A stretch of DNA of 64,000 nt, taken from an uncultured bacterium. GTDB taxonomy: Bacteria > Fidelibacterota > Marinisomatia > Marinisomatales > TCS56. Where the stretch lies: positions 106,170 to 170,169 of the forward strand of contig CAZVNL010000001.1 of NCBI GenBank assembly GCA_964628055.1, given 5' to 3'. Of this stretch, positions 30,133-39,950 are shown in pieces. Numbering within the stretch: position 1 is the first letter of the stretch; every line of letters begins with the position of its first letter. The notes under the pieces were generated by a model. The model made no database searches. It saw nothing but the letters and a program-made list of their open reading frames with translations, and was not told the origin of the DNA. The translations under genes and the position numbers were made by a program.

Positions 30133-30226
30133 CGGGTAGGCCCGCCATACCACGGGGCTGGTTCTAAGCTCTACCCGTATGCAATTCTACTCCACTATGT
30201 CATGGTTCGACAGGCTCACCATGACA
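30133..30226. repeat. Stem-loop-rich REP/MITE-like intergenic element
   Basis: Inverted repeat CGGGTAG (30133-39) / CTACCCG (30171-77). Perfect 9-bp inverted repeat TGTCATGGT (30198-206) / ACCATGACA (30218-226) with loop TCGACAGGCTC. The sequence translates as MVRQAHHD..., the signature of a widespread palindromic repeat family (from memory). Confidence 0.5.
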
Positions 30227-30399
30227 CTCAATTCCTCTTTTTCATCATAGATCTATCACCCTGAGCACGTCCACACCTCACCGGGAAAGGAAGAAAGACC
30301 CTACTCAATAAAAATCCCTAACCTTGCTTCACTTCCCTCTCCCCGTCTAAATTTGCTGGCTATTTTTATCCTAACAAACCATCGAATCTAAACAAAACT

Positions 30400-32034
30400 A
30401 TGTCAAGACACAGCACCCGCATCCCCAAACCAGTCAATGAACCTATTCAGTCCTACGCCCCCGGGCAAACCGATAGGGCAAAACTAAAGAAACAACTACA
30501 AGATTTACGTTCTCAAACGTTAGAGATACCCCTTATAATTGGTGGACAGGAAATCCGTACCAGAAAGACGAGCACCTGTGTCATGCCCCACAACCACCGC
30601 CACATCCTGGCGACCTATCACCGGGCCGGAAAAAAGGAAGTTGAGCAAGCCATCAACGTGGCTCTCAACGCTTGGAAAAGTTGGTCCACCACTTCTCTGG
30701 AAGTACGAGCCGCCATCTTTTTACGCATGGCCGATCTCCTACGGGGACCCTATCGCTACCTTCTGAATGCGGCCACCATGCTCAATATGAGTAAAAACGC
30801 TTTTCAGGCAGAAATCGACTCTGCTTGCGAACTCATTGACTTCTGGACTTTCAACAGTTGGTACGCCCAGGAATTATATGAACAACAACCCATGTACTCC
30901 CCCGAGGGAATTAAAAACACGTTGGAACACCGTCCCTTGGAAGGATTCATTTTTGCCGTGACCCCCTTCAACTTCGTTAGCATTGCCGGGAATCTCCCCA
31001 CAGCGCCGGTATTAATGGGCAATGTTGCCCTGTGGAAACCAGCCTCCAGCGCTGTTCTACCCGCCTATTACCTCATGCAATTGTTCAAGGAAGCTGGCCT
31101 TCCTGATGGGGTCATCAACTTCCTTCCCGGCCCGGGATCCCAGGTCGGGCCACTGGTGTTAAACCACGATCGTTTCGCCGGGGTCCATTTCACTGGCTCG
31201 ACAGCTACCTTCCAGCAGATGTGGAAAACCATCGGTAGCAACATTGCCCACTATCGTTCCTACCCGCGCATTGTAGGTGAGACTGGGGGGAAAGATTTTT
31301 GCATCGCCCACGAATCGGCAAACCTGGAAGCGTTGGTGACTGCCCTCATACGCGGGGCTTTTGAATACCAAGGACAAAAATGTTCCGCCCTTTCCCGAGC
31401 TTATCTACCAAAAACAATCTGGCCCCAAATTAAAGAACGATACCTGGAACAAGTGGCCACGATCAAGATGGGGGACGTGCAAGACTTTTCCAATTTTATG
31501 AATGCCGTTATTGATCAGGCCGCTTTTAACACCATAAAACATTATATCGACTATGCCAAACAAGCCTCGGAAACCACCTTTTTAACCGGTGGGAATTACG
31601 ACGATAGAGAGGGGTATTTCATCGAACCCACGACGATCCTCACCAGCGACCCCCATTTCAAAACCATGGAAGAGGAAATTTTCGGACCGGTGCTCACCAT
31701 TTATCTTTACGATCCCAAGGATTGGCATGCAACCCTGCATCTCGTGGACGAAACATCTCCGTATGCCCTCACGGGCTGCGTGTTTGCCGAAGATTTCCAG
31801 GCCGCCGCCGAGGCCAGCACCGAGTTACGTCACGCAGCCGGGAACTTCTATATCAATGATAAACCCACCGGGGCGGTGGTGGGTCAGCAACCCTTTGGCG
31901 GCAGTCGCGCCTCTGGGACCAATGACAAGGCCGGTTCCATTTTTAACCTCGTGCGCTGGGTTTCCCAACGAACCATTAAAACTAACTTCACTCCACCCAC
32001 CGATTATCATTACCCCTTTATGGAGGCCCAGTGA
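30400..32034 (+). CDS. pruA: L-glutamate gamma-semialdehyde (1-pyrroline-5-carboxylate) dehydrogenase
   Basis: 544 aa, aldehyde dehydrogenase fold. FTGST, ETGGKDF, catalytic Cys in GQKCSA, and EEIFGPV. The length and N-terminus are typical of the stand-alone P5CDH family. Confidence 0.9.
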   Translation: MSRHSTRIPKPVNEPIQSYAPGQTDRAKLKKQLQDLRSQTLEIPLIIGGQEIRTRKTSTCVMPHNHRHILATYHRAGKKEVEQAINVALNAWKSWSTTSLEVRAAIFLRMADLLRGPYRYLLNAATMLNMSKNAFQAEIDSACELIDFWTFNSWYAQELYEQQPMYSPEGIKNTLEHRPLEGFIFAVTPFNFVSIAGNLPTAPVLMGNVALWKPASSAVLPAYYLMQLFKEAGLPDGVINFLPGPGSQVGPLVLNHDRFAGVHFTGSTATFQQMWKTIGSNIAHYRSYPRIVGETGGKDFCIAHESANLEALVTALIRGAFEYQGQKCSALSRAYLPKTIWPQIKERYLEQVATIKMGDVQDFSNFMNAVIDQAAFNTIKHYIDYAKQASETTFLTGGNYDDREGYFIEPTTILTSDPHFKTMEEEIFGPVLTIYLYDPKDWHATLHLVDETSPYALTGCVFAEDFQAAAEASTELRHAAGNFYINDKPTGAVVGQQPFGGSRASGTNDKAGSIFNLVRWVSQRTIKTNFTPPTDYHYPFMEAQ

Positions 32035-32163
32035 GCAAATATTACTGTCGTGTCCTCCACTTTCGGTAACACTTCGGTTTCTGTTAACCGCCGGTTTCGG
32101 TTTGTGAACCCTGAATGAACGGGTGTCGACTTAAAACAAGAACATAATTTTGAGGAGTGTTCC

Positions 32164-33477
32164 ATGAACAGAATTAAAACCATCATTATGGGTGCTGCCG
32201 GGAGGGATTTTCACAACTTCAACGTGCTTTACCGTGATAACGAACATCGGGAAGTCGTGGCGTTTACGGCTACCCAAATCCCTAACATCGAAGGACGGAT
32301 ATATCCGCGGGAATTAGCTGGTAAGCTATACCCGCAAGGAATCCCCATCTTGGACGAAGCAGAATTAGAGTCACTCATCGAGAAATATACCGTGGACGAG
32401 GTGGTCTTTTCCTATTCGGATATTTCCCATGAAACAGTCATGCACAAGGCCTCTCGTGTTTTAACAACCGGGGCCCATTTCAAGCTGTTGGGCGCCAGGG
32501 CGACGATGCTCAAATCCACCAAACCGGTAGTGGCCATTGGGGCCGTACGCACGGGATGCGGTAAGAGTCAAACCACCCGCCGCGCAGCGCAAATCTTGAA
32601 AGCAGCCGGGAAGAAAGTAGCCGTCATTCGCCACCCCATGCCTTACGGGGATCTCGTGGCGCAAAGGGTGCAACGGTTTGCTTCTATCGAAGACATGGCA
32701 GCGCAACATTGTACCATTGAGGAAATGGAAGAATACGAACCCCACATCATGGCTGGGAATGTGGTGTATGCTGGCGTGGACTACGAGGCAATCCTACGGA
32801 AAGCCGAACAGGAAGCCGATATCATCCTCTGGGACGGGGGTAACAATGACCTCCCCTTTTACTGGCCGGATGTATTCATCGTGGTGGTGGACCCTCACCG
32901 TCCGGGTCATGAACGCATTTACTACCCCGGTGAGACGAACCTGTTACTGGCTGACGCGGTGGTGATCAACAAAATCGATTCCGCCGAGCCGGACAACGTG
33001 GATGAAGTACGCTGGTCGGTGCAAGAAGCCAACCCCCGGGCCGTGATTATCGAGGCTGCCAGCCCTATTTCTGTGGAGGGCCCCCAGTTAATTCGGGGAA
33101 AACGGGCTTTGGTAGTGGAAGATGGCCCTACCGTGACCCATGGTGAAATGCCTTATGGAGCGGGTCTCATCGCCGCGGAAAAATTTGGCGCTGAAGATGT
33201 GATCGACCCCCGTCCTTACACGGTGGGGAGTATCACCGCCACCTTCGAAAAATACCCGGATATTGGCCTCCTACTTCCCGCCATGGGATACGGTGAGCAA
33301 CAGGTAAAAGACTTAGAGGCCACCATCGCCAAGGTGGACTGCGATGTAGTTATTATCGGGACACCCATCGACCTTCGGCGTATTGTAAAGATTAAACAAC
33401 CCTCGGTACGGGCAACCTATGATCTCCAGGAAATCGGTCAACCCACGCTGGAACAGGTCTTGAAACCCTTGCTCTAA
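32164..33477 (+). CDS. COG2403-type P-loop protein (cyclic 2,3-diphosphoglycerate synthetase-like 'predicted GTPase')
   Basis: 437 aa. N-terminus IIMGAAGRDFHNFNVLYRDN...VVAFTATQIP. Walker A-like GAVRTGCGKSQTT. The family assignment is from memory of the GAAGRDFHNFN signature. Confidence 0.6.
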   Translation: MNRIKTIIMGAAGRDFHNFNVLYRDNEHREVVAFTATQIPNIEGRIYPRELAGKLYPQGIPILDEAELESLIEKYTVDEVVFSYSDISHETVMHKASRVLTTGAHFKLLGARATMLKSTKPVVAIGAVRTGCGKSQTTRRAAQILKAAGKKVAVIRHPMPYGDLVAQRVQRFASIEDMAAQHCTIEEMEEYEPHIMAGNVVYAGVDYEAILRKAEQEADIILWDGGNNDLPFYWPDVFIVVVDPHRPGHERIYYPGETNLLLADAVVINKIDSAEPDNVDEVRWSVQEANPRAVIIEAASPISVEGPQLIRGKRALVVEDGPTVTHGEMPYGAGLIAAEKFGAEDVIDPRPYTVGSITATFEKYPDIGLLLPAMGYGEQQVKDLEATIAKVDCDVVIIGTPIDLRRIVKIKQPSVRATYDLQEIGQPTLEQVLKPLL

Positions 33478-33478
33478 C

Positions 33479-34429
33479 ATGAAGGCTAAAACCGCCATCA
33501 TCGCCCTGGGAGGAAATGCCCTGTCACCTGGCGGGGAATCGGGGACCATTAAAGAACAGTTTGCCCATACCCGGGAAAGTCTTAAAGTGGTGATGCATTT
33601 CATCCACCGAGGATATAACTTGTGCATTACCCATGGTAATGGTCCCCAGGTAGGGGATGAACTATTACGCATGGAACTCACCTACCAACAGGTCCCTCCC
33701 CTTCCGTTAGGTGTCTGTGTGGCGGAAACCCAGGGATCCATCGGGTACATGATCCAACAGTCCTTGCAAAACGCCTTAAAATCCGTCGGGATTAACCGGG
33801 AAGTGGTGACGCTCATTACCCAGGTAGTGGTCGATCCCGAAGATCCTTCCATTAAACGCCCCACCAAGTTCATCGGTAGTCGCTACGATGAAAAACAAGC
33901 CCGTCACCTGGCGGCTCAATTCGGTTGGCAGATTGCCGAGCAAAATCCCGGTGAATGGCGACAGGTCGTCCCCAGTCCTAAACCGCACTTCGTCATGCAT
34001 GGTAAAAGTATTAAAACGTTAGTGGATCAGGGTACCATCGTCCTGGCCTCCGGGGGCGGGGGCATTCCCGTGTATTACGATCGCGAAGATAAATTAGAGG
34101 GTCTGGACGCCATCATTGATAAAGACCTTTCCGCCGCCCTGTTGGGGCGCGTAATCCGCGCCGAGGAGTTGTGGATTATCACCGATATTGACCGCGTTTA
34201 TTTAAACTACAACCAACCCAACCAGACCCCCATTAGCTACATGACGATGGAGAAGGCTTACCAGTATCTCCGGGAAGGGCATTTTCAACCGGGGAGCATG
34301 GCGCCGAAAATCGAAGCGGCCATTTACTTCCTACGCCACTACGGGGAAAAGGTGGTCATTACATCGATTCCCGAAGTAGAGGGTGCTTTAACTGACCGGG
34401 CAGGAACAACGATAGGAAAAAGGAAATGA
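33479..34429 (+). CDS. arcC: Carbamate kinase
   Basis: 316 aa. IALGGNAL, ITHGNGPQVG, GGGGIPV and IDKDLSAALL motifs. It starts 1 nt after the upstream stop. Confidence 0.92.
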   Translation: MKAKTAIIALGGNALSPGGESGTIKEQFAHTRESLKVVMHFIHRGYNLCITHGNGPQVGDELLRMELTYQQVPPLPLGVCVAETQGSIGYMIQQSLQNALKSVGINREVVTLITQVVVDPEDPSIKRPTKFIGSRYDEKQARHLAAQFGWQIAEQNPGEWRQVVPSPKPHFVMHGKSIKTLVDQGTIVLASGGGGIPVYYDREDKLEGLDAIIDKDLSAALLGRVIRAEELWIITDIDRVYLNYNQPNQTPISYMTMEKAYQYLREGHFQPGSMAPKIEAAIYFLRHYGEKVVITSIPEVEGALTDRAGTTIGKRK

Positions 34430-35598
34430 AGATACACGAATATCAAGCCAAGGCTATATTTAAAGAATTTGGGGTAAGCATTCCCCCTGGTATCCCGGCT
34501 TTTAGTGTGGAAGAAGCCATTGCGGCCTACCATGAGTTAGGACAGAAAACGGTAGTCGTTAAGGCACAAATTCATGCTGGTGGTCGGGGTAAAGGAGGCG
34601 GTGTGAAATTGGCCCACACCCGGGAAGAGGTTCGAACCATCGTGGCAGGTTTATTGGGAAAAACCCTCGTCACTCACCAGACAGGTCCGGAGGGAAAAGT
34701 AGTGCAACGATTGTTAATTGAAGCCGGTATCGCCATCGCCCGGGAACTCTACACCGGGATCGTTTTGGATCGAGCGGCAAAAAGATACGTCGTCATGGTC
34801 TCCACCGAAGGAGGTGTGGAGATCGAAAAGGTAGCTGCCGAGACACCGGAGAAAATCGTCAAAGAATGGATCGACCCGCAACAGGGTTTTACCCTGCAAC
34901 AAGCTGAAAAACTGGCCCGTGCGCTGCAACTCACCGATGAACAGATTAAACCGGGTAGTGATATCTTCCTGGCGTTGTGGGAGGTTTTTAAGGCCAAGGA
35001 TTGTTCCCTCATCGAAATCAATCCGTTAGTTGTCACCGATGATAATGCTGTGGTAGCTTTGGATGCCAAAATAAATTTTGACGACAATGCCCTTTTCCGT
35101 CATCCAGAATTGTTGGAGCTGCGCGACTTGAGCGAAGAGAATCCCGCCGAGGTGGAAGCCAGTGAATACAAGCTAAATTACATTAAATTGGATGGAAATG
35201 TCGGTTGTATGGTAAACGGCGCCGGCTTGGCCATGGCCACCATGGATATCATCAAATTATTCGGTGGCGAACCGGCTAATTTCCTAGACGTGGGTGGGAT
35301 CGCCAGTTCGGAGACCGTGGCCAATGGATTTAAAATTCTCCTCGCCGATGAAAACGTCCAGGCCGTGCTCATTAACATTTTCGGTGGGATTGTTCGCTGT
35401 GACCGGGTGGCCCAGGGCGTGATCGATGCCATGCACACCATCCAGGTAAACGTGCCGGTCATCGTTCGCCTGGAAGGGACCAATGCCCAACAGGCGGCTA
35501 AGTTATTAAATAACTCCCCCTTGGATTTTTTCGTTGCCACCAGCCTGAGTGACGCCGCCCAAAAAGCCGTGAAAGCCACAACAGGAGAACAATTATGA
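34426..35598 (+). CDS. sucC: Succinate--CoA ligase (ADP-forming) beta subunit
   Basis: 390 aa. [30 protein letters not shown] and [11 protein letters not shown] motifs. Confidence 0.96.
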   Translation: MKIHEYQAKAIFKEFGVSIPPGIPAFSVEEAIAAYHELGQKTVVVKAQIHAGGRGKGGGVKLAHTREEVRTIVAGLLGKTLVTHQTGPEGKVVQRLLIEAGIAIARELYTGIVLDRAAKRYVVMVSTEGGVEIEKVAAETPEKIVKEWIDPQQGFTLQQAEKLARALQLTDEQIKPGSDIFLALWEVFKAKDCSLIEINPLVVTDDNAVVALDAKINFDDNALFRHPELLELRDLSEENPAEVEASEYKLNYIKLDGNVGCMVNGAGLAMATMDIIKLFGGEPANFLDVGGIASSETVANGFKILLADENVQAVLINIFGGIVRCDRVAQGVIDAMHTIQVNVPVIVRLEGTNAQQAAKLLNNSPLDFFVATSLSDAAQKAVKATTGEQL

Positions 35599-36467
35599 GT
35601 ATATTAGTCAACCAAGACACCAGGGTTTTAATACAGGGTATTACCGGGCGTGAAGGTTCTTTCCACGGCCAACAGATGTTAGACTATGGGACGCAAGTAG
35701 TTTGCGGTGTTACACCCGGTAAAGGTGGCCAAACAGCCTTAGGGGTACCGGTGTACAACAGCGTCCAGGAAGCCGTAAAACAGGAAACAATCAACACCTC
35801 AATCGTATTTGTACCGCCCCGTTTTGCCGCCGCGGCAATTAAAGAAGCTGCCGAAGGCGGAATTGCTCTCGTCGTTTGCATTACCGAAGGCATTCCTACC
35901 CAGGACATGGTTCAGGTGAATGCTTTTTTAAGTGACAAAAAGACGCGCCTGGTGGGACCTAATTGCCCGGGGGTCATTTCTCCGGGGCAGGCCAAGGTGG
36001 GAATCATGCCCGGCTTCATTCACGAACGGGGTCGGGTAGGTGTCATGTCCCGTTCTGGCACCCTTACTTACGAAGCGGTTCACCAGTTGACGCACTACGG
36101 CCTAGGACAATCCACTTCCATCGGCATCGGTGGCGATCCCATTGTAGGAACCTCCTTCATTGACTTATTGGAACTATTCGCCGACGATCCCGATACGGAA
36201 GGCGTCGTGATGATCGGTGAAATTGGAGGTACCGCGGAAGAAGAGGCGGCTCAATGGGTCATTCAAAACCATTTCAGCAAGCCCATCGTGGCTTTTATCG
36301 CGGGTCAAACCGCCCCTCCCGGGCGGCGTATGGGACATGCTGGGGCCATTATCTCTGGCGGTAAAGGTACAGCCAAGGAAAAAATGCAGGCGCTCCAACA
36401 AGCCGGTATCCACGTGGTCACTAACCCCGCTGAAATTGGTAAGACCATAGCTGGTTTACTGAATTGA
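35595..36467 (+). CDS. sucD: Succinate--CoA ligase alpha subunit
   Basis: 290 aa. [20 protein letters not shown], and the phosphohistidine loop [14 protein letters not shown]. Confidence 0.96.
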   Translation: MSILVNQDTRVLIQGITGREGSFHGQQMLDYGTQVVCGVTPGKGGQTALGVPVYNSVQEAVKQETINTSIVFVPPRFAAAAIKEAAEGGIALVVCITEGIPTQDMVQVNAFLSDKKTRLVGPNCPGVISPGQAKVGIMPGFIHERGRVGVMSRSGTLTYEAVHQLTHYGLGQSTSIGIGGDPIVGTSFIDLLELFADDPDTEGVVMIGEIGGTAEEEAAQWVIQNHFSKPIVAFIAGQTAPPGRRMGHAGAIISGGKGTAKEKMQALQQAGIHVVTNPAEIGKTIAGLLN

Positions 36468-36495
36468 ATGACGAATTAGGAGAAAGGATAAGAAC

Positions 36496-36918
36496 GTGGG
36501 ACATCGTACCTTGGCTATCATTAAACCTGATGCCATTAGGAAAAAGGTAATGGGAAAAATTATCGATCGGATCTTGGAAGCCGGTTTTGAGATCACCGCC
36601 GCCAGACTCGTGCACCTGAAACAAGAAGAAGCAGAAACCTTCTACGCCATACACCACGAACGACCGTTTTTCCGTGACCTGGTCACTTTTATGACCTCCG
36701 GTCCTTGCCTGCCTATGGTAGTGGAACGCGAGAATGCTGTTACTGCCTTTCGGAATCTCATCGGGGCTACCAATCCCGAGGAAGCCGCCCCGGGGACCAT
36801 TAGAAAGGACTTTGCCGATAACGTTCAGAACAATGCCATCCACGGATCGGACTCTGATACTAACGCTGAAAAAGAAATTGCATTTTTCTTCACTCCCAAA
36901 CAAATTCTCATGCGTTAA
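36496..36918 (+). CDS. ndk: Nucleoside-diphosphate kinase
   Basis: 140 aa, GTG start preceded by AGGAGAAAGGA. RTLAIIKPDA and the active-site NAIHGSDS. Confidence 0.95.
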   Translation: MGHRTLAIIKPDAIRKKVMGKIIDRILEAGFEITAARLVHLKQEEAETFYAIHHERPFFRDLVTFMTSGPCLPMVVERENAVTAFRNLIGATNPEEAAPGTIRKDFADNVQNNAIHGSDSDTNAEKEIAFFFTPKQILMR

Positions 36919-36948
36919 GGAGCACTAATACAAGCAGCCTATCCCTTT

Positions 36949-37818
36949 ATGCGACAAAAAACAAGACTCATCTTATTCGTCGCTCTACTTTTATTTGCGG
37001 GTTGTGGTAAAAAAACCGAAGAAGGACCCGTTGGTAAATCGTTTACTTTTACGGCCGAAATGCCGGAAGAAAACGCCGATCTGGAGTTCAACTGGTCACT
37101 CCTGGAGCAACCTGATGCCAGCCTCCTCTCCCCGCAAGACTTCATCCTTTCCTCCGATCAAACCACCATGACCTTCCTACCAGATGCCGAAGGGGAGTTC
37201 ACTTTCCAGGTAGTTGTTACTCAGTATGGCGATGAAATTTCCACCCAGACTTTTGATTTCGTGGCTACCCCTTCCTTCGAAGAAGAAATAACGGCGGCAG
37301 ACACGGCCGACCTAACAGCCTGGGTGGAAGAAGAAGATGAAAAACAGTGGTTCCAGGAGGATACCACTTCTTTGGAGAAAACGGTGGTTGAAACCACGGA
37401 AACGAAGGATGAAACGCCGATTGCCGAAGAATTAGCAACGGCGCCACCAACGGAAACCATCGTTGAAAAAGAATCCCCGGAACCGCAGCCACCCCCTCAA
37501 CCATCGGCGACGAGACCACAACCAACTGAAAAACCAAAATCCCGCGAGGTTATTCCCTTCGATAAAAACCGTTTTACCATTCAGATCGTATCCAAAAAGA
37601 AGTTGGCTGATGCCGAGGTTGTGGCTGCCAGTCTCATCGAAGCCGGTTATGATGCCTATATCCAGCGCGTCTATTTTAAAGATGTTGACGAAATCTGGTA
37701 CCGGGTAAGAATTGGGAGTTATGATGATTTAGAGATGGCCAAAACCGTCGCTGAATCCATCGCCACCACGCAACACACCAAAACGTGGGTAGATTTCGTA
37801 CGTTATGAGGAACATTAA
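36949..37818 (+). CDS. SPOR-domain lipoprotein (peptidoglycan-binding, septal type)
   Basis: 289 aa. Lipoprotein signal LLLFAGC|GKK and an acidic/Pro-rich linker. The C-terminal SPOR-like domain is FTIQIVSKKKLADAEVVAASLIEAGYDAYIQRVYFKDVDEIWYRVRIGSYDDLEMAKTVAESI. Confidence 0.75.
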   Translation: MRQKTRLILFVALLLFAGCGKKTEEGPVGKSFTFTAEMPEENADLEFNWSLLEQPDASLLSPQDFILSSDQTTMTFLPDAEGEFTFQVVVTQYGDEISTQTFDFVATPSFEEEITAADTADLTAWVEEEDEKQWFQEDTTSLEKTVVETTETKDETPIAEELATAPPTETIVEKESPEPQPPPQPSATRPQPTEKPKSREVIPFDKNRFTIQIVSKKKLADAEVVAASLIEAGYDAYIQRVYFKDVDEIWYRVRIGSYDDLEMAKTVAESIATTQHTKTWVDFVRYEEH

Positions 37819-37842
37819 CCTTCAACTGAACAGGAGAAGAAC

Positions 37843-39105
37843 ATGGGACCAATGAAACTCTATTTTGATGTTCGCGACGTCTTCCGGGCTCCGCGCTTAG
37901 CCCTTAGTGGTAAGAAAATCTGGATCTTTGTAGTCTCCGGCCTTATTGGTTATGTGGCCTACTGGATTCTAACCTATCTGGCCTTGGGACTCGCCGGGCT
38001 TTCCTTTGGGACTGCCTGGCAAACACATGGTTTGTACCCCTGCCTCTTTGGTACTTCCAGCCCCTGGTACGCTTATGTGGTGTGGGCCCTGGGATGCCTG
38101 GTATTATTTTTCGCACTCAACTTAGGTTGCGCTGCTGTCTCGCGGGTGACCTACAAACAACTAAAGGGGGATGAATTCTATTCCTCCGGGGATGCCTGGA
38201 AATTTCTGAAAAAACACTGGCACCCGATAATCTTTACCTCCCTTTCGCTGGCCCTGATTATCGTCTTTTTCGTCTTCATGGCCACTATCTTTGCTCTGTT
38301 TGGGAAAATACCCTACGTGGGTGAATTCCTGTTTGCCATCCCCTACTTGCTTTACTTTTTCGGTTCCGTCTTTACGGTCTATACAGCGGTGGTGTTTTTA
38401 ATCTCCCTCGTTTACACCCCCGCCATCGTGAGCACCTATGAAGAAGATACCATGGGAGCCGTTTTCCAGAGCTATACCATTACCTGGTCACAGCCGTGGC
38501 GCCTGCTACTTTACAATGGATTATTGGTCTCCATTGGATACATCGCTGTGTACGTGTATGGCTACTTTTGGTCGTGGGGTTATCGATTAATCAATATCGT
38601 TTTCGGCCACGAATGGTTAATGGGCACCAAATTAGCAAACATCGTCGGTTGGGCTACCCGCACTGTCTTCCCCGCACGGGTCTTCAATTGGGAAACGGCC
38701 AATAACTGGCTATGCAACCTCCTTGGAATCACAAAATCAAGCTGCTACGGGATGATTAACACACCCCCCGAGACCCTTTCTGGTACGGAAACCGTGGCGG
38801 GGTTTTTCCTGGCTATTTTCCTTTTCATCATCCTCTTTACGGTTCTGGCTTACGGACTGTCTATCCTCTCAGTAGGAGAAACGATCATGTTCGTCATCTT
38901 CAAGAAACGCTCGGATGACGAAAATCTCCTGGAACGCAAGGATGAAGAAGAGTTAGAGGAAGAGGAGGAAAAGGAGGAAGAAGAAGAAAAGACCGACGAG
39001 ACCGACGAAGCTACAACCGAAGAATCTGAACCAGAGGAAGATGCCTCAGAATCGGAAAGTGGTTCCGAAGACTCAACCAAAGACGACCAATCCTTGAAAG
39101 ATTAA
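37843..39105 (+). CDS. Hypothetical polytopic membrane protein with poly-acidic C-terminal tail
   Basis: 420 aa with at least 6 hydrophobic helices. The tail is ERKDEEELEEEEEKEEEEEKTDETDEATTEESEPEEDASESESGSEDS. I recognise no family. Confidence 0.6.
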   Translation: MGPMKLYFDVRDVFRAPRLALSGKKIWIFVVSGLIGYVAYWILTYLALGLAGLSFGTAWQTHGLYPCLFGTSSPWYAYVVWALGCLVLFFALNLGCAAVSRVTYKQLKGDEFYSSGDAWKFLKKHWHPIIFTSLSLALIIVFFVFMATIFALFGKIPYVGEFLFAIPYLLYFFGSVFTVYTAVVFLISLVYTPAIVSTYEEDTMGAVFQSYTITWSQPWRLLLYNGLLVSIGYIAVYVYGYFWSWGYRLINIVFGHEWLMGTKLANIVGWATRTVFPARVFNWETANNWLCNLLGITKSSCYGMINTPPETLSGTETVAGFFLAIFLFIILFTVLAYGLSILSVGETIMFVIFKKRSDDENLLERKDEEELEEEEEKEEEEEKTDETDEATTEESEPEEDASESESGSEDSTKDDQSLKD

Positions 39106-39222
39106 AGGTTCAGTTAGCTACGAGCAATTCTCCTTCCTTAAAAAAATGGGGTTATGTGCTTCATGGGATTGTAATTACCCCTTGTTCAAATAGTAGAACA
39201 ACGGTAGCTTCCCAGCCAAAAA

Positions 39223-39735
39223 ATGAGACTCTATCGCTCCGAACTGGCATTAGGGTTCAAAGAGAAGTTCTTTGAAATCCCCGTGGTTTCCCTGGAAGCC
39301 GAGGACCTTCCCTTAGTGGGGGAGCAAATCCCCTGCTCCCTCTCGGTGCACTCCATTCCCCGGGGATATAAACTAACCGGCGTTGTAACACTCTCTTATC
39401 AAGAAGTTTGCGACCGCTGTTTAGAACCATACACCAGCGTACAGGAAATTCCCTTTACTCTCCTTCTGGTGGATAAACAGGAATTTCTTGAGGGAGACAA
39501 CCCGGAAATGATCTGGTTCCCGGAATCCGAGCAAATGGTGGATATTGGACCTTATTTCCATGAACTCGTTTACTTAGAGGAACCCCTCAAAAGGTTATGT
39601 GACGAGGGTTGTAAAGGGTTATGCAGCTACTGTGGCACTAATTTGAATATTGCCACCTGTCAGTGCGATGTTAGAGTCACTGAAACCGATTCCCCTTGGG
39701 ATTCCTTAAAAATGATCTTTTCCCAGGGAGCGTGA
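39223..39735 (+). CDS. yceD: YceD/DUF177 family protein (23S rRNA accumulation protein)
   Basis: 170 aa. CDRCLEPY and CSYCGTNLN..CQC Cys pairs. Classic position immediately upstream of rpmF-plsX. Confidence 0.8.
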   Translation: MRLYRSELALGFKEKFFEIPVVSLEAEDLPLVGEQIPCSLSVHSIPRGYKLTGVVTLSYQEVCDRCLEPYTSVQEIPFTLLLVDKQEFLEGDNPEMIWFPESEQMVDIGPYFHELVYLEEPLKRLCDEGCKGLCSYCGTNLNIATCQCDVRVTETDSPWDSLKMIFSQGA

Positions 39736-39760
39736 TTACCAACAAGATTTAGGAGAGAAA

Positions 39761-39940
39761 ATGGCATTACCAAAAAAAAGGCAGTCTAAAGCTCGTAGTC
39801 GTAAACGACGTACCCATTACGTAGCTGGGAAAGTTGCCGTTATGACATGTCCCCAATGCAATCAACCCAAGATGCCCCACCGCGCATGCCCTAACTGCGG
39901 TTATTACCGCGGCCGGCCCGTAATCTCCGCTACGGAGTAA
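39761..39940 (+). CDS. rpmF: 50S ribosomal protein L32
   Basis: Absent from the ORF track (59 aa). Manual translation: MALPKKRQSKARSRKRRTHYVAGKVAVMTCPQCNQPKMPHRACPNCGYYRGRPVISATE. RBS AGGAGAG lies about 5 nt upstream of the ATG. Confidence 0.95.
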   Translation: MALPKKRQSKARSRKRRTHYVAGKVAVMTCPQCNQPKMPHRACPNCGYYRGRPVISATE

Positions 39941-39950
39941 CCTAACCTTA

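Noticed and set aside
30201-30215. GGTTCGA, a tRNA T-loop-like string
   Set aside because: The flanks do not fold into a cloverleaf: there is no acceptor stem, D-arm or anticodon arm. The string is the loop and stem of a palindromic repeat instead.
31589-32107. 172-aa plus-strand ORF
   Set aside because: It is out of frame within the 3' third of pruA. It is Pro/Arg/Ser-rich, as expected for an alternative frame of a real gene.
36421-36903. 160-aa minus-strand ORF
   Set aside because: It is antisense to ndk, which has an unambiguous active-site motif. There is no independent support for it.
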